Translations under genes and position numbers: made by a program
Shown: piece by piece, positions 12,501 to 21,900 of the stretch
Layout of the letters: every line of letters starts with the position of its first letter
Position numbering within the stretch: the stretch's first letter is position 1
From: Chrysochromulina tobinii
Taxonomy: Eukaryota
Reading direction: 5' to 3'
NCBI GenBank assembly: GCA_001275005.1
Contig: JWZX01003281.1
Location: 1 to 39,443 of the forward strand
DNA: 39,443 nt
Notes under the pieces: generated by a model
Told to the model about the DNA's origin: nothing
Database searches by the model: none
Seen by the model: only the letters and a program-made list of their open reading frames with translations

Positions 12501-12989
12501 CAGTGCCGAGTGGGTCCGCAGCTGCTCGAGGGCACGTACTTGAGCGATGCAGGCGGCATTCGGTGCACCACCGGGCCCTTCGCCGCCAACGGCACGTACA
12601 GCGTCGAGGTGTCACTGAATGGGCAACAATTCACCGACGCGCGTCGTGACGGCGCTGGTGCGCGGCGCCAATTCGCTGTGTACGACCCGCCGCATCTGGT
12701 CGACACCTTCCCGCGGAGCGCCCCGACGCTCGTGGCAACGGCGCTGCGCCTGAGTGGGAGCGCCTTTTCACGCGGTTCGGACTATGTGTGCCGCTTTGCG
12801 CATGCGGAGGGGCTTGCAGGGCGCGGCACGCTCATCAATGGTTCGTATGTGGAGGACGCGGCGGAGGCGGCGTGGGGGCAGCGAGCCCGACCGCTTCTTG
12901 CCGCCCCCATGCTGCTCCAATCTGGCGCCACCTTCGATGCGCTGCCTGGGCCACAATCACTCGTGCACCGCCGCCTCGTTTGTGAGTGA
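3585..12989 (+). CDS. Giant secreted IPT/TIG-repeat protein, 5' part (signal peptide, FN3, IPT repeats 1-18, PAN-like module, two lectin domains); continues after a frameshift
   Basis: 3134-aa ORF with a hydrophobic leader MACSALLLIVTVSTS (ATG at 3600). It has recurring P-x-x-GP-x-x-GGT-x-V...CRFG...C-x-[ST]-P...[ST]LNGQQ[FY] motifs and many N-x-S/T sequons. Confidence 0.88.
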   Translation: MRRTGMACSALLLIVTVSTSPNHADLPPIFLSLEGSVVADGTERAFNLAASTLHLVLSGDAWAPDVAVNGSASRAALLGSFASQQPLAASGWTAVVGPVLGSASLLRASPTLLTLSLPQLPCYDLLVPELVTVRVPGAAIASGRSVVAPSLRISAIAQITPPRWGSVLTPPRELGRNCTHVTLSWDPPYFDGGTALSGYRLETRRADGSDPPPTAVDEPGVLVSAADGTLWRRDSTLLSPLAVPGGAVTGVLGPLLAGVAYEVRVRAFSVGTGCTHLEGDDGAVAIVYGGWRADSLHVIVGPPGGPVRGGTVVLVRGACMHAATACVWGSSSSSSGSSGSSGSSGSSGSSGSSGSSGSSGSSGSSGGSGSGNGGGGTEPPMTAAIARNESALLCESGPASEPGSVSLALAEQLNASAARATGLAFEYFGLSALALEPAAGPVGGGTDLRIGIAIEGSAALRRGVRLPDARCRFEGAMVSGTMAAAHASSLEVICTTPVGTAVGLVNVTVSLDAGLAYTAPLPAARAFLYYNASLRAVWPVGGPVRGGTLTTIVGSGLAGGKGGTGTVGDDGSGEEWCRTNIAHCADQMRCRFGVLGGRVIPFQTNDTHVLCMSPPTFRVAEGGPARLAAAVDVLHPDRIAGRSWDDLGSATDELTYSLNGEAYLRPRLAWTYYAPPTISSLQPADGPASGGQEITVRGDGFMNLVAGGASAARCRFGTHTTRVLEIRNATLLVCAAPQDLAARDAALAAPLPAIRADGTGGGIGDDVTFPLEHSARHCCLEGAGAARVGGGMGYTSRLACQESCVANPSCRFFSYAGVLGRCDLCSSCTDESSAAESSALYESYRRVEPALPALLPFELSLNGQQFELSDADRTFELGYLMYATASYNVSTTGGPTTGGTLVTITGRGFARAAARATSTRARFGTLWWERNATLAVRCRFGAAGSTTPIQLRDDEIVCPTPPLPSGMALRGDSSVAAELTLRSGRATLPLTVALNAARFNGGSVYGSGEPAPAAHDEAFDVAHFEVAPDFNVTLYEQHISELLPPGGPTAGGTQVQIAGRWLHAFAPHAAMCRFGKLPSPAISLGEVDADGGGDYGSGAQEGSGSGSGDYASGGDSSGEVALGEDSSPISGLRCTAPSPDPATYVQDWPTSAIPFRLALNYQPRPCEPSVGLVAPAFGPGTFDSNECGEGFRGSFRPAQGMPFHYYAPPTISSIFPVRGVFSGGVALTLKGHGFHSRLAALGVPILCGFGLSGPTPYPPPNTTSVATLDAATGAFRCSSPARLAAGADEAVSVALNGHDFEGGGEHSRFAYIAPLLPRTSFPLGGPVAGGSVVHVLSAGLLNRTDGTLRCRFGDAEGAADYVALERHDVEGELDRTNFDVALARNETGVLRCVAPRAHVAGATALLVRNFDRDTYENATTAPRDDPNSSYYDRYYSARLHSWYPLGLDGNPEMSGFDWSLFDLGMRGFGALGPLPTDSLRGDALIEGGSLRLTQGAQLDALGDEDRDVPSLTRSRAAAHRASLRSSTGSLVLARADMAPAAVIHHFEAAFELSQPGHSFSGRGISFCYGLPPEGNLSFGEEGTRSGLNVHVITLDARPPANQLRVSYDGRELETLTLGTALREATWANMTIRYDEYGLAVTHNGRRRIVSLPIYGYAPTTAWHFSVGARAGPHGDTHLVDNLRIRSGELLREGTVPFSVSVNGRDFAPVPGGYRYVTPPVISVASPASGPVAGGTVVTVGGFGFGSGMQLECRFQTEVVYATVLNSSAVRCVTPLAPRLNVSRPPLQPIELSISLHGAWEPPTAIATLPWLLRTRPEVSSFSPESGPLAGGTHVIVQASALAGGVDYRCRFGLPNRTVSATYDDVSETLRCVAPAHAAISALEITLNGQQYTSSGRLFSQYEPFLLRSLEPSRAASLGGALMHVSFDAFGQPSPFEAIRCRVGEAPPTEPLQYTDQWALCVVPPSYSARAVALDHTLEFNDANASTDGVLMLSTTGDAKIAEGVLMLTDPSPATPFLSAGQQIATGAKGIGSAVLTLRRPYNALHWFELSFELLIGSASHMGGFGLSINLGELNTSLVTSCEAYPSLWGPNTLGHQDGRAAPGVLPPNCLATDYWEPFGEDGAGSGLRLKFLTRREHVVQGGFEPNMELYEAIEVWYAGEQLLVVPLGKTLRTSSWVPMHIRYDGDGLHVAHNGRVWIERYQIRGWSPQPSWRLGFGARGAPTLYPGSIIDVGPDGLPGEAERHWIDHLRVTSGLLVAEATAPVTLSFNGQQYAPAPAALSYYAMPAVSKITPTTGPLAGGTLVRVSGSKLGLGHENTDSFRAGYRCRYGDVPQLAGYLVNQTELELPRISHDLGSSSATCPPYARAHAHAHADCYYGSQVVNATYGDEFAQGVYGMASARGTVSCVTPSREDPRILAVELSLNGQQYTADATPYGFYTEAVLSSALPLSGPQQGGTALLINASFLGNGSDSRCRFFGLTPPELHAPWAEAHLGGESPATFDVARGLARCVSPALPEVEHGGYTGYPNAYIASLRITKNGQNYDLAGLPFSYFRQPRPLFFDPPGGPLEGHTTVTLFGGFSGGFTQDYVCRFGAVLVPATHQSVPTERLLCISPPLDNATVPELANVTHARPVPLHVSLNGQQFHSIGTYSYYDDPAFDSLTPPSGPDRGGTQVSIVGVGLAANVQPRANSSEPNSVVGVSADIVGQRALGLDGMHQFYCRFGPLGKVEGTYAAASTLRCDSPPFGATGSVARTVLVSVTLNDQDYEPAYDFQYYAEPIISALLPPTGPTVGNTSIVVVGSSTFELIDRESHFASYACQVGDAADSRQSRGQRFAAIRSQADPTRLLCTTPALLLNISQRFGFRGDEGLFPLPFTVSLNGQQFTPRTPLFVAADGTPFTPPPPAASNASNATASLGAHSMSHRAINFTFIGVLMDLNGSLALSSLPTSGPSNGATSVVVYGRPRELAGGSRYQCRVGPQLLEGTYLSDAGGIRCTTGPFAANGTYSVEVSLNGQQFTDARRDGAGARRQFAVYDPPHLVDTFPRSAPTLVATALRLSGSAFSRGSDYVCRFAHAEGLAGRGTLINGSYVEDAAEAAWGQRARPLLAAPMLLQSGATFDALPGPQSLVHRRLVCE
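4090..4395 (+). other. Fibronectin type III domain of the giant protein
   Basis: VTLSWDPPYFDGGTALSGYRLE...LLAGVAYEVRVRAFS matches the FN3 W-x-x-P / Y / L-x-x-G-x-x-Y-x-V-R-V-R-A pattern. Confidence 0.85.
4572..4682 (+). repeat. Coding microsatellite (AGC)n followed by (AGCAGCGGC)x11, encoding a Ser-Ser-Gly linker
   Basis: Perfect 9-bp tandem units read directly from the sequence. Confidence 0.95.
5901..6122 (+). other. PAN/apple-like Cys-rich module nested in IPT repeat 4
   Basis: ACQESCVANPSCRFFSYAGVLGRCDL fits C-x3-C-x5-C-x2-F-x-Y-x6-C-x-L. Confidence 0.65.
8020..8645 (+). other. L-type (ConA-like) lectin domain 1
   Basis: GDALIEGGSLRLT...FEAAFEL...GRGISFCYG...WHFSVGARAG...HLVDNLRI. Confidence 0.65.
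9560..10346 (+). other. L-type lectin domain 2
   Basis: GDAKIAEGVLMLT...FELSFELLIG...GFGLSINLG...WRLGFGARG...HWIDHLRV. Confidence 0.65.
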
Positions 12990-15900
12990 CCACGAGGTGC
13001 GCTGCGCGACTCCTGAAGTGCTGACGCCCAGGCTCATGTCGGTGCAGCTCACGCTCAACGGGCAGCAGTATGCCCTCGGTACGCCCACGATCCTCGTGTA
13101 CCCTCCGCCAGTGATCAACTATTCGGTGCCCTCGCGTGGCTCGATGAGCGGAGGCACAAGCGTCCTCGTGCACGGACGCGACTTTATGCCCACGGTCGCC
13201 TCGCAGGCGCAGGCCCCAAGCTCGCTCCCGACGCTTCGGTGCGCCTTCGGGCCGCAAAAGGTGCCCGGTACGGCACTCTCTTCGAGCGTGGTCCGTTGCT
13301 TCACGCCGCCGGGCGCGAGTGCAGGGGCACTAAACGAGATTCGAATCGGCGGCACGGGCAACGCGTCCGCGGACATGCTCAGCGCGCAGATGCTCCGAAT
13401 CGGTACGCGTGGACCGCCCAGCTGGACGAGGCTCAGCCGCGGAGGCGATGGGCGTGCCGGTGAGGTTCAAGCCGCAGGGGCAGGCTCGATGCAAAGCGGG
13501 AGCGCCAGCGCCAGCGCCGGTGGCGCATATGACATGAGTGGCCGCAGCGAAGCGTCCGACACTTACGATCACGGCACGCACGCGACCTTTGACAGAGGGC
13601 ACACGTACCGGCACAATGGCAGCAGCACGAGCTTCGGCGGCGAGCTCGACGGCTCGCCCCTGATGCTGTACGGCGACTCGCGGCTCGAGGACGGGCTGCT
13701 CAAACTGACGCGCTCCATCCGGAACGGTGCAGATCGACAGGAGATTGGTTTCGTCATTCTGCGTGACGAAGCCTTCTTCGCGCCGCCGCAGCGCTCGTTC
13801 ACCTTTGACTTTCTGCTGCGTATGGGCGGCACGTACAACGAGCCCGGCGGCGAGGGCTTCTCCATCTCCTACGGCGACCTGCCGAACCCGCCGAGCGGCA
13901 TCGGCGAGCGCGGCGCGGGCCTCGGTCTGCGCATCCTCATGCGCACCTACGTGCACAACCAGCTACTCATCATGTGGGCGGGTGACATCGTGTACTCCAT
14001 GGGCGTCGACGACCTGCGCACGCGTGCCGACGGTGAGTTTGCACACGTGCACATCCGTATGCTGGGGCAGGTGCTCGAGCTCTGGTACCGTGGTGTCAGC
14101 CTCATCCACGAGCTACGATGCCCGTGGTTTGAGCCACGTGTCGAGTGGACATGGGCCCTCGGGGCGCGCGCGGGCCAGCGCGGCGACGATCACTGGATAG
14201 GCAACTTCACGATGCGCTCGTCGCACTCTGTGCATGAGGTCGGTGCGGTCGAGTTGCGCGTCTCCCTGAATGATCAGGAGTACACGCCCGGGCCCACGCC
14301 CTTCTACGTGTACTATGGCGAACCGTCCCTCACGCCCGGCGCCGCGCCGTGCCGGGCGCCCTCCACGTCGACGTGCGCCTTGGCCTTCTCACCCACCAGT
14401 GGGCCCTCCACCGGTGGCACTCGCGTCCTCATGGACGGCGAGGCACTGGGGCACGGCTACCCATACACGTGCCGCTTTGGGAACGCGCCATACCCGCACG
14501 ACCCGTTCTACCCGTCCGATTCAGCGGGGCACTATGCGCGTCTGAGCGCTATGGTGGCTGGATGCACCGAGGATCCCCTCAACACGCTTCTGCCCCTCTC
14601 GGCACGCGGCGATGCGGCCACGTGCATGGCGCCGCCGCCGGTCAGCACGGCCTACTCGCATGACCCGTACGCCGATAGGGACGACAGCAGCGTGTCGAAG
14701 TCCATCGTGCCCGCGGGCTACGTCCCGGGGACGACGGCGGGCCGCAACGGCACGGTTCGTGTCTTCGGCTCCGCCCTCTGCGTCGCACCCGCTGCACAGA
14801 CTCTGCCCGTGCCAGCGAACGCCACGTCCCTCGTGGTTCTCGAGATCTCGCTCAATGCGCAAGACTACACGCGGAACGGTGCCAATTTCACATACTATGC
14901 GCCACCTGCCGTCCTCGGGCTCAGTCCGAGCTCGGGTCCTCTCGCTGGAGGCACGCGTGTGCTCGTCCTCGGCGCCAACCTGACCGGCGGCTCCGACTAT
15001 CGCTGCGCCTTTGGCACGCGCTCGCTGCAGCGCTCGCCCGTTGGGAACTCGACGACCGCTCCCGTGTTTGCTGAGGCCGAGACTCTCAGCGCCACCATGC
15101 TTGTGTGCACGACGCCACCGCACCTCGCACCGCCCAGGTCGCTCGATGTGGCCGTCACGCTCAACGGGCAGCAGTACTCGGCACGCACCGCCCCCTTCAG
15201 CGTGCATGCTCCCGTCGACGTGCTCGCCCTCTCGCCCGCATCTGGCCCTCGGCTCGGCGCGACCGAGGTGACGCTGAGCGGCGGTCCATTCGCCAACGGC
15301 TCCGACTATCGCTGCCGCTTCATCCCGAACGCGCAGAGCAGCGAGTACTGGCGTGAGTCTGCCGGCGTGCTCGGCGGCGCCGAGTATTGGAACGAACTCG
15401 GGGCTGTGAATGCGACCGTGGTGGGTGAGGCTGTGAACGCGAGCGCGCTGCGCTGCGTCTCGCCACCGCAGCTGCGCCCGCTCGTGGCGCACATTGAGAC
15501 CACCCTCAACGGTCAGCAGTACACCACCTCTCGCCGCCGCTTCGAGTACACGGACAGTTTGCTGACTGTATCGTCGGTCTCGCCGAGCAGCGGGCCGCAC
15601 CACGGCGGCACTCGGCTCGTGGTGCACGGGCATGGTCTGCGGCTCGGTGCGCACTACTGCTGCAGGCTTGATGGCATCGTGCTCCCTGCGAGCCTGGAGA
15701 CGGCAGGTAGAGGCACGCGACTCCTTTGGAATGGAACGCATGGGGTCCCGGCCATCTCCAACGCCTCGGCCGTCGACGCCGTACGCTGCATCACGCCCGA
15801 TGCTGCCCAGCCCAATATGACGAACCAGACACTCACCTCGACCAACCTGACGAGCAGCTCGGTCCGCCTTGGCGTGCCTCTCAGCGTGAGCATCGCGACC

Positions 15901-18900
15901 AATTGCCAGCAGTACAGCGCGCCGCACGCGGGCGTCACCTTTACATACTTCGGATCGCCGCCAGAGAGCATCGGCAGCAGTACGGAGCTCGGCTGGCCCT
16001 CATCGAGGCCACCGGTACCGCCCACCCCTCCCGTGCCTGGACTCACCGACTTCGCCGCACTGCCTCTGAAGGCGCTCAACTTTAGCGCGCGCGACCTCCG
16101 AGTGAGCGGCCATCAGGTGTCGCAGCTCATCAACACGAGCGGCTTCACAGCGGCGGAGCTGTGGAATGGCGGTTACACGATCGACGAGTTGCGCGTGGGT
16201 GGGTTTGGAGCTCACGAGCTGAGCCAGGCAGGCGCCTCGGCGGCGGAGCTAAGAGCAGGGGGCTTCACGTCCGTTGAGCTGCGGGCGGCGGGCTTCTCCG
16301 CACTCGAGCTTGAGCTCGGCGGCTACAGCAGGCCACACCTGTTTGCTGCCGGCTTCGTCGCCACCGCCGTATCCCCAGCGTCCGGCCCGAATGATGGCAA
16401 CACGAATGTGACCGTTTTCGGCGGTCCATTCGCCAACGGCTCCGACTATCGCTGCCGCTTCACTCCGCTGATGCTTCTGGTACCTGGGACGCCATCCGCG
16501 GACGGCTCCAGGCTGCACTGCCAGTCGCCTGCCGTGAGCGTTCGCCAGCTGCATACCGCGATCCGCAGGACCGCTGCACCGCCTCCGCCCGCTCCGGTCA
16601 TCACGCCACGGCAGGCAGCCATCAACGCGCGCCTGCCGTACGAGGCTCTCTACGAGCCAGAGACATTTGACAGCTACAACCAGCTCGTGCGCATCGCTGT
16701 CGCCGAGCAGAATGCCGCCGCCGCCGCCGCCCACTCTGCCGCGGCTGCGGCCGCCGCGTTGCCGCCGCCACCCGGCAGCTTACCCACCGGCACGGTGTCC
16801 GCTGCCCTCGAGGTGACTTTGAACGGGCAGCAGTTCAGCATGAACACGTTCCTGTTCGAGACGTACGCGGCGCCGATGATCAGCTCCCTGAGCCCCGCGT
16901 CTGGACCCATAGTCGGAGGCACGCTTCTGCAACTGGTCGGGCGAGAGCTTGGGCATGGCTCGCATCGCCTCTGCCGCTTCGCGATGGCCCCACCCCCACC
17001 AGCGGAGGTTGCGAGCGGCGAGGGTGGCAGCGGCGACGAGGCGACCAATAGTACGCATGCGCTTGTGCACGTGGGCCCTGCAGCCAATACGGCAGAGTGG
17101 CAGCAGATCCGGGTGGCAGGCGCCGAGGTCCTTGCCGCGACCGTGACCGCTTCCGTAGTCGCAGGAGGTGGGGCGTTGCTGTGCCGCACACCTCTCACCT
17201 CCTCGGCTCTAGCCCTGCCGTCCGTCGTCGAGGTTGCACTCAACGGACAGCAATTCACCAGCGGGGGCGCGCGCTTCGACTTCTTCCACCCCCCCGCCTT
17301 CTCAGCGGTCTATCCGCTCCTCGGCCCCCCGGCGGGAGGGACGAGCGTGTTGCTCACCGGCACCGGCTTCCATGATTTCGGGCGCGTGAGCGCATTCCCC
17401 GGTGCGCGGGAAGACCTGCGCTGCCGCTTTGGCAACGAGACTGTCTTCGTGCTCGCACCGACCACGTGGGTGCAGGAGTCGGGCGTGCGATGCACCTCGC
17501 CGCCCCTGTCGCAGCTCGAGGTGATGGGGGAGCTCCGGTACAGCTTCGATGCGCAGCCGAATGCCTCCGCTCTGCTGGGCGATGCGCACATTGCTGACGG
17601 GATCCTGGTGCTCACCCAGCCCACCCCGCGCCAAATTGGCACCTTTGTGGTGCGCCCCGATCGCCTCGTGCCGGCCCCCACCGCCTTCGACGCCTCCTTT
17701 GAGGTCCTCATCGGCGGCGGCACGACCGCATGGTACGACAATGCGCACCTGGGCGACTACCAACGCGGCTACGAGCCGCTCTCCGGCATGGGCTTCGCTT
17801 TCAACTTTGGACCGTTTGACAGTGACGTGGCCAACGGGCGCCGGTGGCCGGAGGGGTTCGGCACGGCCTTTGGCGAGCAGGGAGCGCCGCATGGCCGTGG
17901 TCTACGCGTCGCGCTGATCACGTACACATCGAGGCTCCTCGAGGTGGCGTACGATGGCGCGATGCTCATTCGCGTGCCCCTGGGCTCCGAGCTGCGGATC
18001 CTTTCTTGGGCGCTGATGCGGGTGCTCTATGTCGCTGCGGAGCCCGGCGCGCCTGAGGGGAGTGGCGGGCTCAGCGTCTGGTATGATGGCGTGCGGCGCG
18101 TGACGAACTTGACCGTGCCTGGCTGGGCGCCGAACGCGTCGTGGAGCTGGGCGTTGAGCGCCTCCACCCAGTACGAGACGGCAACCGACGCCCATTGGGT
18201 GGACAATCTCGTCATCCAAGGTGCCAACCTCTCCCTTGGTGTCGAGTTTCCGGTGGCCCTCACTCTCAATCGTCGCGAGGTCTATGAGACGGGCCAGGCC
18301 TTCCGGTACGCGCCTTCTCCGGTGCTCTCGCGCATCCATCCAACCGGAGGACCGCTCGCCGGTGGCACCGTCGTGAGCCTCTTTGGCGTCAATCTCGCCA
18401 ACGGCACGCACTACAAGTGCCGCTTTGGCGGCGAAGCGCCCACGCCGGCGCTCGGTGGCCCCGTACTAGACGGGCCTGTGCCGGGGTCACTCCCTCTTGA
18501 GCAGTTCATGACTCCCGCCACTTACACTGGCGATGCTGAGCTGGCAGCCGGCCCGTCGTATGCGGCCTTCGGCGAGGTGCTTGGCGCAGGCGTCGTGCGG
18601 TGCGTTTCCCCCAATGTGTCGGCGTTCGTTGAGCCCAATCGCACTGCCACGGGTGACGTCGTGACGCTCGAGCTGTCGGTCAACGGACAAGAGTACACAC
18701 AGCAATCCCACTCGTTCTCGCGGTACGCGCCCATTCTGACGGCAGTCTATCCAATGTCGGGCCCGCTCGCGGGCGCCTTCCGCATCGAACTCTCCGGCGC
18801 CAACCTCGCCGATGGGTCCGAGTACCGATGCCGTTTCGAGCTGCCGTTCAACGTGAGCACTCCTCGGAGCGAGATTTCGCCCAGCCCTCCGCCCTCGGCG

Positions 18901-21900
18901 CCGCTTTTCTGGCTCAAGCCCCCGAGCCCGCCGCCCCCTCAACCGCTTCCGGAGCTGGGCTCAGGGGACAGTGGCAGCGGCTCAGGGGACAGTGGCTCAG
19001 GGGGCAGTGGCTCGGGGGACAGTGGCTCGGGGGACAGGGGCTCTGGGGACATTGGTTCGGGTGACAGTGATAGTGGCTCTGGTTCGCCGGACGAGCAGGG
19101 AGCGGTGCCTACTAGTGCTACGTCGGATGCCTTCTTGCACGCGCGCTTCTTGGTGACGGAAGCTCGGCTGGAGCCAGACGCGCGAACTGCCGGCCGGCGG
19201 CCTGCGCACGATGCTGTGGTCTGCAGTGTGCCCGCAGAGGCCCGCTACCTGCTGCTGCGCGAGTCTGACCGGCGCGGCGAGGCGAGCGAACTCAAGGTGG
19301 CGGTCTCGCTCAATGCGCAGCAGTACACGTCCGGCTCCGAGAGCGAGGTCTGGTGGCCGGCTTCGATCGCGTCGCTCGTCCTCTACCCGCCGCCGACGCT
19401 CACCTCGATCAGCCCGAGCTCGGGCCCAGCGCTCGGCGGCACCCGTATCGCCGTCTCCGGGGCCAATCTCACCTCGGGCAGCAACTACACGTGTCGCTTC
19501 AACGAGTTCAGCCGCGAGGCCCTGCCAGGCACGCTGGAGACATCGCTCGGCAGCTCGGTGCGCTGCATCGCGCCTCCCGTCGTCTTGCAGCCGTGCACCT
19601 CGCCCAGCATCGCCTGCCGTGTTCTGTCCCAGAGGATCTCGCCTCTGGACGTGGCACCCAATGGCCAAGACTATGCCGATCGCGCGGCTGCCGGTCTGCA
19701 GCACTTTGTGAGCTTCCGCCCGCCTGAGCTCGACAGTATCACGCCGAGTTCGGGCCCGAGCGCGGGTGCAACGGTCGTCGACATTGGAGGCGTGCGGCCC
19801 CCGACTGGCGGCTCGGACTATCGTTGCCGCTTCGTAAGCGCTGCTCTGGCAAACGCCACCGCGCTCAATACGACCGCGACGCGTGGCCTCCCTTCGGTCA
19901 CCGTGCATGCTACCTTTGACGAGACCCGTGGCGTCGTGCGCTGCGTGACGCCTGGCCTGATCGCCACGAACGCTACTGCCTCGGCGGCCGTCTTGGTGGC
20001 CCTCAACGGCCAGCAATACCACGGCCAAGTGCTCAGCGATGGCGAGGCCGACCAAGTGACCGGATCGATGACCTTCCGCTTCTATGGCATGCCGTCCGTG
20101 ACAGCCATCTCACCGTCGTGTGGACCCATTGAGGGCGCCACCAATCTGACAGTGAGCGGCACTCAGCTGGGTGGTGGCTCCGATAACCGCTGTCGCTTCG
20201 CCGATCGTCCGAGCTCGCCCTCTTCGTCCTCGCAGCACAGTGCCACCGCGAGGCGCTTCGGGGGCGCACTCGTCGTGAACGCCAGCACCTCCGCGTACTA
20301 TGACGGCGGAAGCGGTTCACTTTGGTGCTTGACGCCCGCCGGATTGGCCTCCGCAGTGGCGCTGTATGTGGAGGTGACGCTCAACGGCCAAGAGTCCACT
20401 GCCGACGGCGTAACGCTCGTTCGTTACGCTCCCATCGCCCTCGGTGCCATTTCGCCTGCCTCTGGGCCTGTGAACGGCGCCACCATGCTACGCATCGAAG
20501 GGGTTGGAGCTGTTCGAGGCCTCGCCTCGTCGAATGGGTGCGACGTGCGCTGCCGATTTGCGAGCGGCAGTAGTGTGGCGCCGCTGGATACCCCGGCCGT
20601 GCTGCCGGACCTCGCCTCTGGCAGCGTGCAATGCGAGAGCCCGAGAGGTGTGGGCAGCGGCACGCTCGAGCTCAGCCTCAATGGACAGCAGTACTCGAGC
20701 AGCCGCCTCCACTTTGCTGCCTACCCACCCATCGTGCTGCACCGTATCGCACCACCGCTCGGGCCGCTGGCAGGGGGCACCACAGTGCTGCTCCACGCGT
20801 CAAACCTGAGCGCCGTGGGCACAGACCTACGCTGCCGCTTCAGTACGCTGGATGGTCCCTTTGTGGATGCGATCGCCACGCGGGTGGAGTTGGCAGAGGG
20901 CGGCGCCGCGCTGTCCTGCCTCACGCTGCCTCGTGCCGTTGGGGTCGACCAGGTGCGAATCACTCTCAACGGGCAGCAGTTCTCGCCACCGGTACAGTAC
21001 TCAGTGCTTCCCAGGGCTCGAGTGCATAGCATCTACCCGCTGGCAACGCCCGAGCGAGGCGGCATCGTCCTCACCGTCCATGGAGAAGGCTTCGCTTCGA
21101 CGGATGGCCAGCCGGAGCTGCTGCGCTGCCAGATTGGTGCCACCACCGTGATCGGCACGCTGCTGAACCAGAGCGCGGTCCGTTGCACGACTCCTCCCGC
21201 TCAGGCGGCCGGCCTGGCCCGACGCGTGCACCTCAATGTCGAACAGGCGACGCTGTACCGGATCGACCCGACGATAAACGCGCGGCCCGAGTGGGAGATC
21301 CCCTACCTAGGGTACGCCCAGCCAACGGGCGCATGGCCACTCCCCGCTCCCCACGAAGACGTGCCGTATGAGGCGGTACTCTGGTGGAGCGGCGACAGCA
21401 CGCTCGCGGACCTGGGGGCGTCCTTGTTCGGTGACGCGCGCCTCTTTCGTGGATCGATTGTCCTCACCGAAGTGACGGAGTCGCAGCGCGGCGGCTTTCT
21501 CTTCCTGCCACCCACCGTGGGCAGCCGCGCCGGCACCATCAAACCGCCCCGAGCGTCGGTGCACCTCACCAACAGCTCCACCCCGTTCCCCACAGCCTTC
21601 CGGCTCTCCCTCGAGCTCACGATGGGCACCGGTCTGCCAGTGACGATGGAGCCGCCGCTCTCCGAGCGCGAGAGCGGAGATGGCTTCTCGATCTCCATCG
21701 GTGAGCTGCCGAACGCTGCCGCGGGCGAGCTCGGCTCCGGGAACGGCCTGCGCATCAGCCTCCTCACGCGGCGCAATCTGCTGAGCGTGAGCTATGCCGA
21801 GCGCTCCCTTCTCTCGACTCCGCTACCGGACGCCGAGCGACTTCGCTCCAACACCTCCTTCCCGATAGAGCTCATCATGCGCACCAACCGCCTCTCGCTC

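Noticed and set aside
12982..12987. GTGAGT as a splice donor resolving the frameshift
   Set aside because: It lies within FVSDHEVRC, which matches the IPT consensus in the downstream frame and so should be exonic.
12754..13040. Independent start for a second 4,216-aa gene
   Set aside because: The ORF start is GTG, there is no signal peptide, and it begins in the middle of an IPT repeat.
6490..14615. Several RGD tripeptides as integrin-binding motifs
   Set aside because: They are expected by chance in a 7,000-aa R/G/D-rich protein, and some fall in the conserved lectin core.
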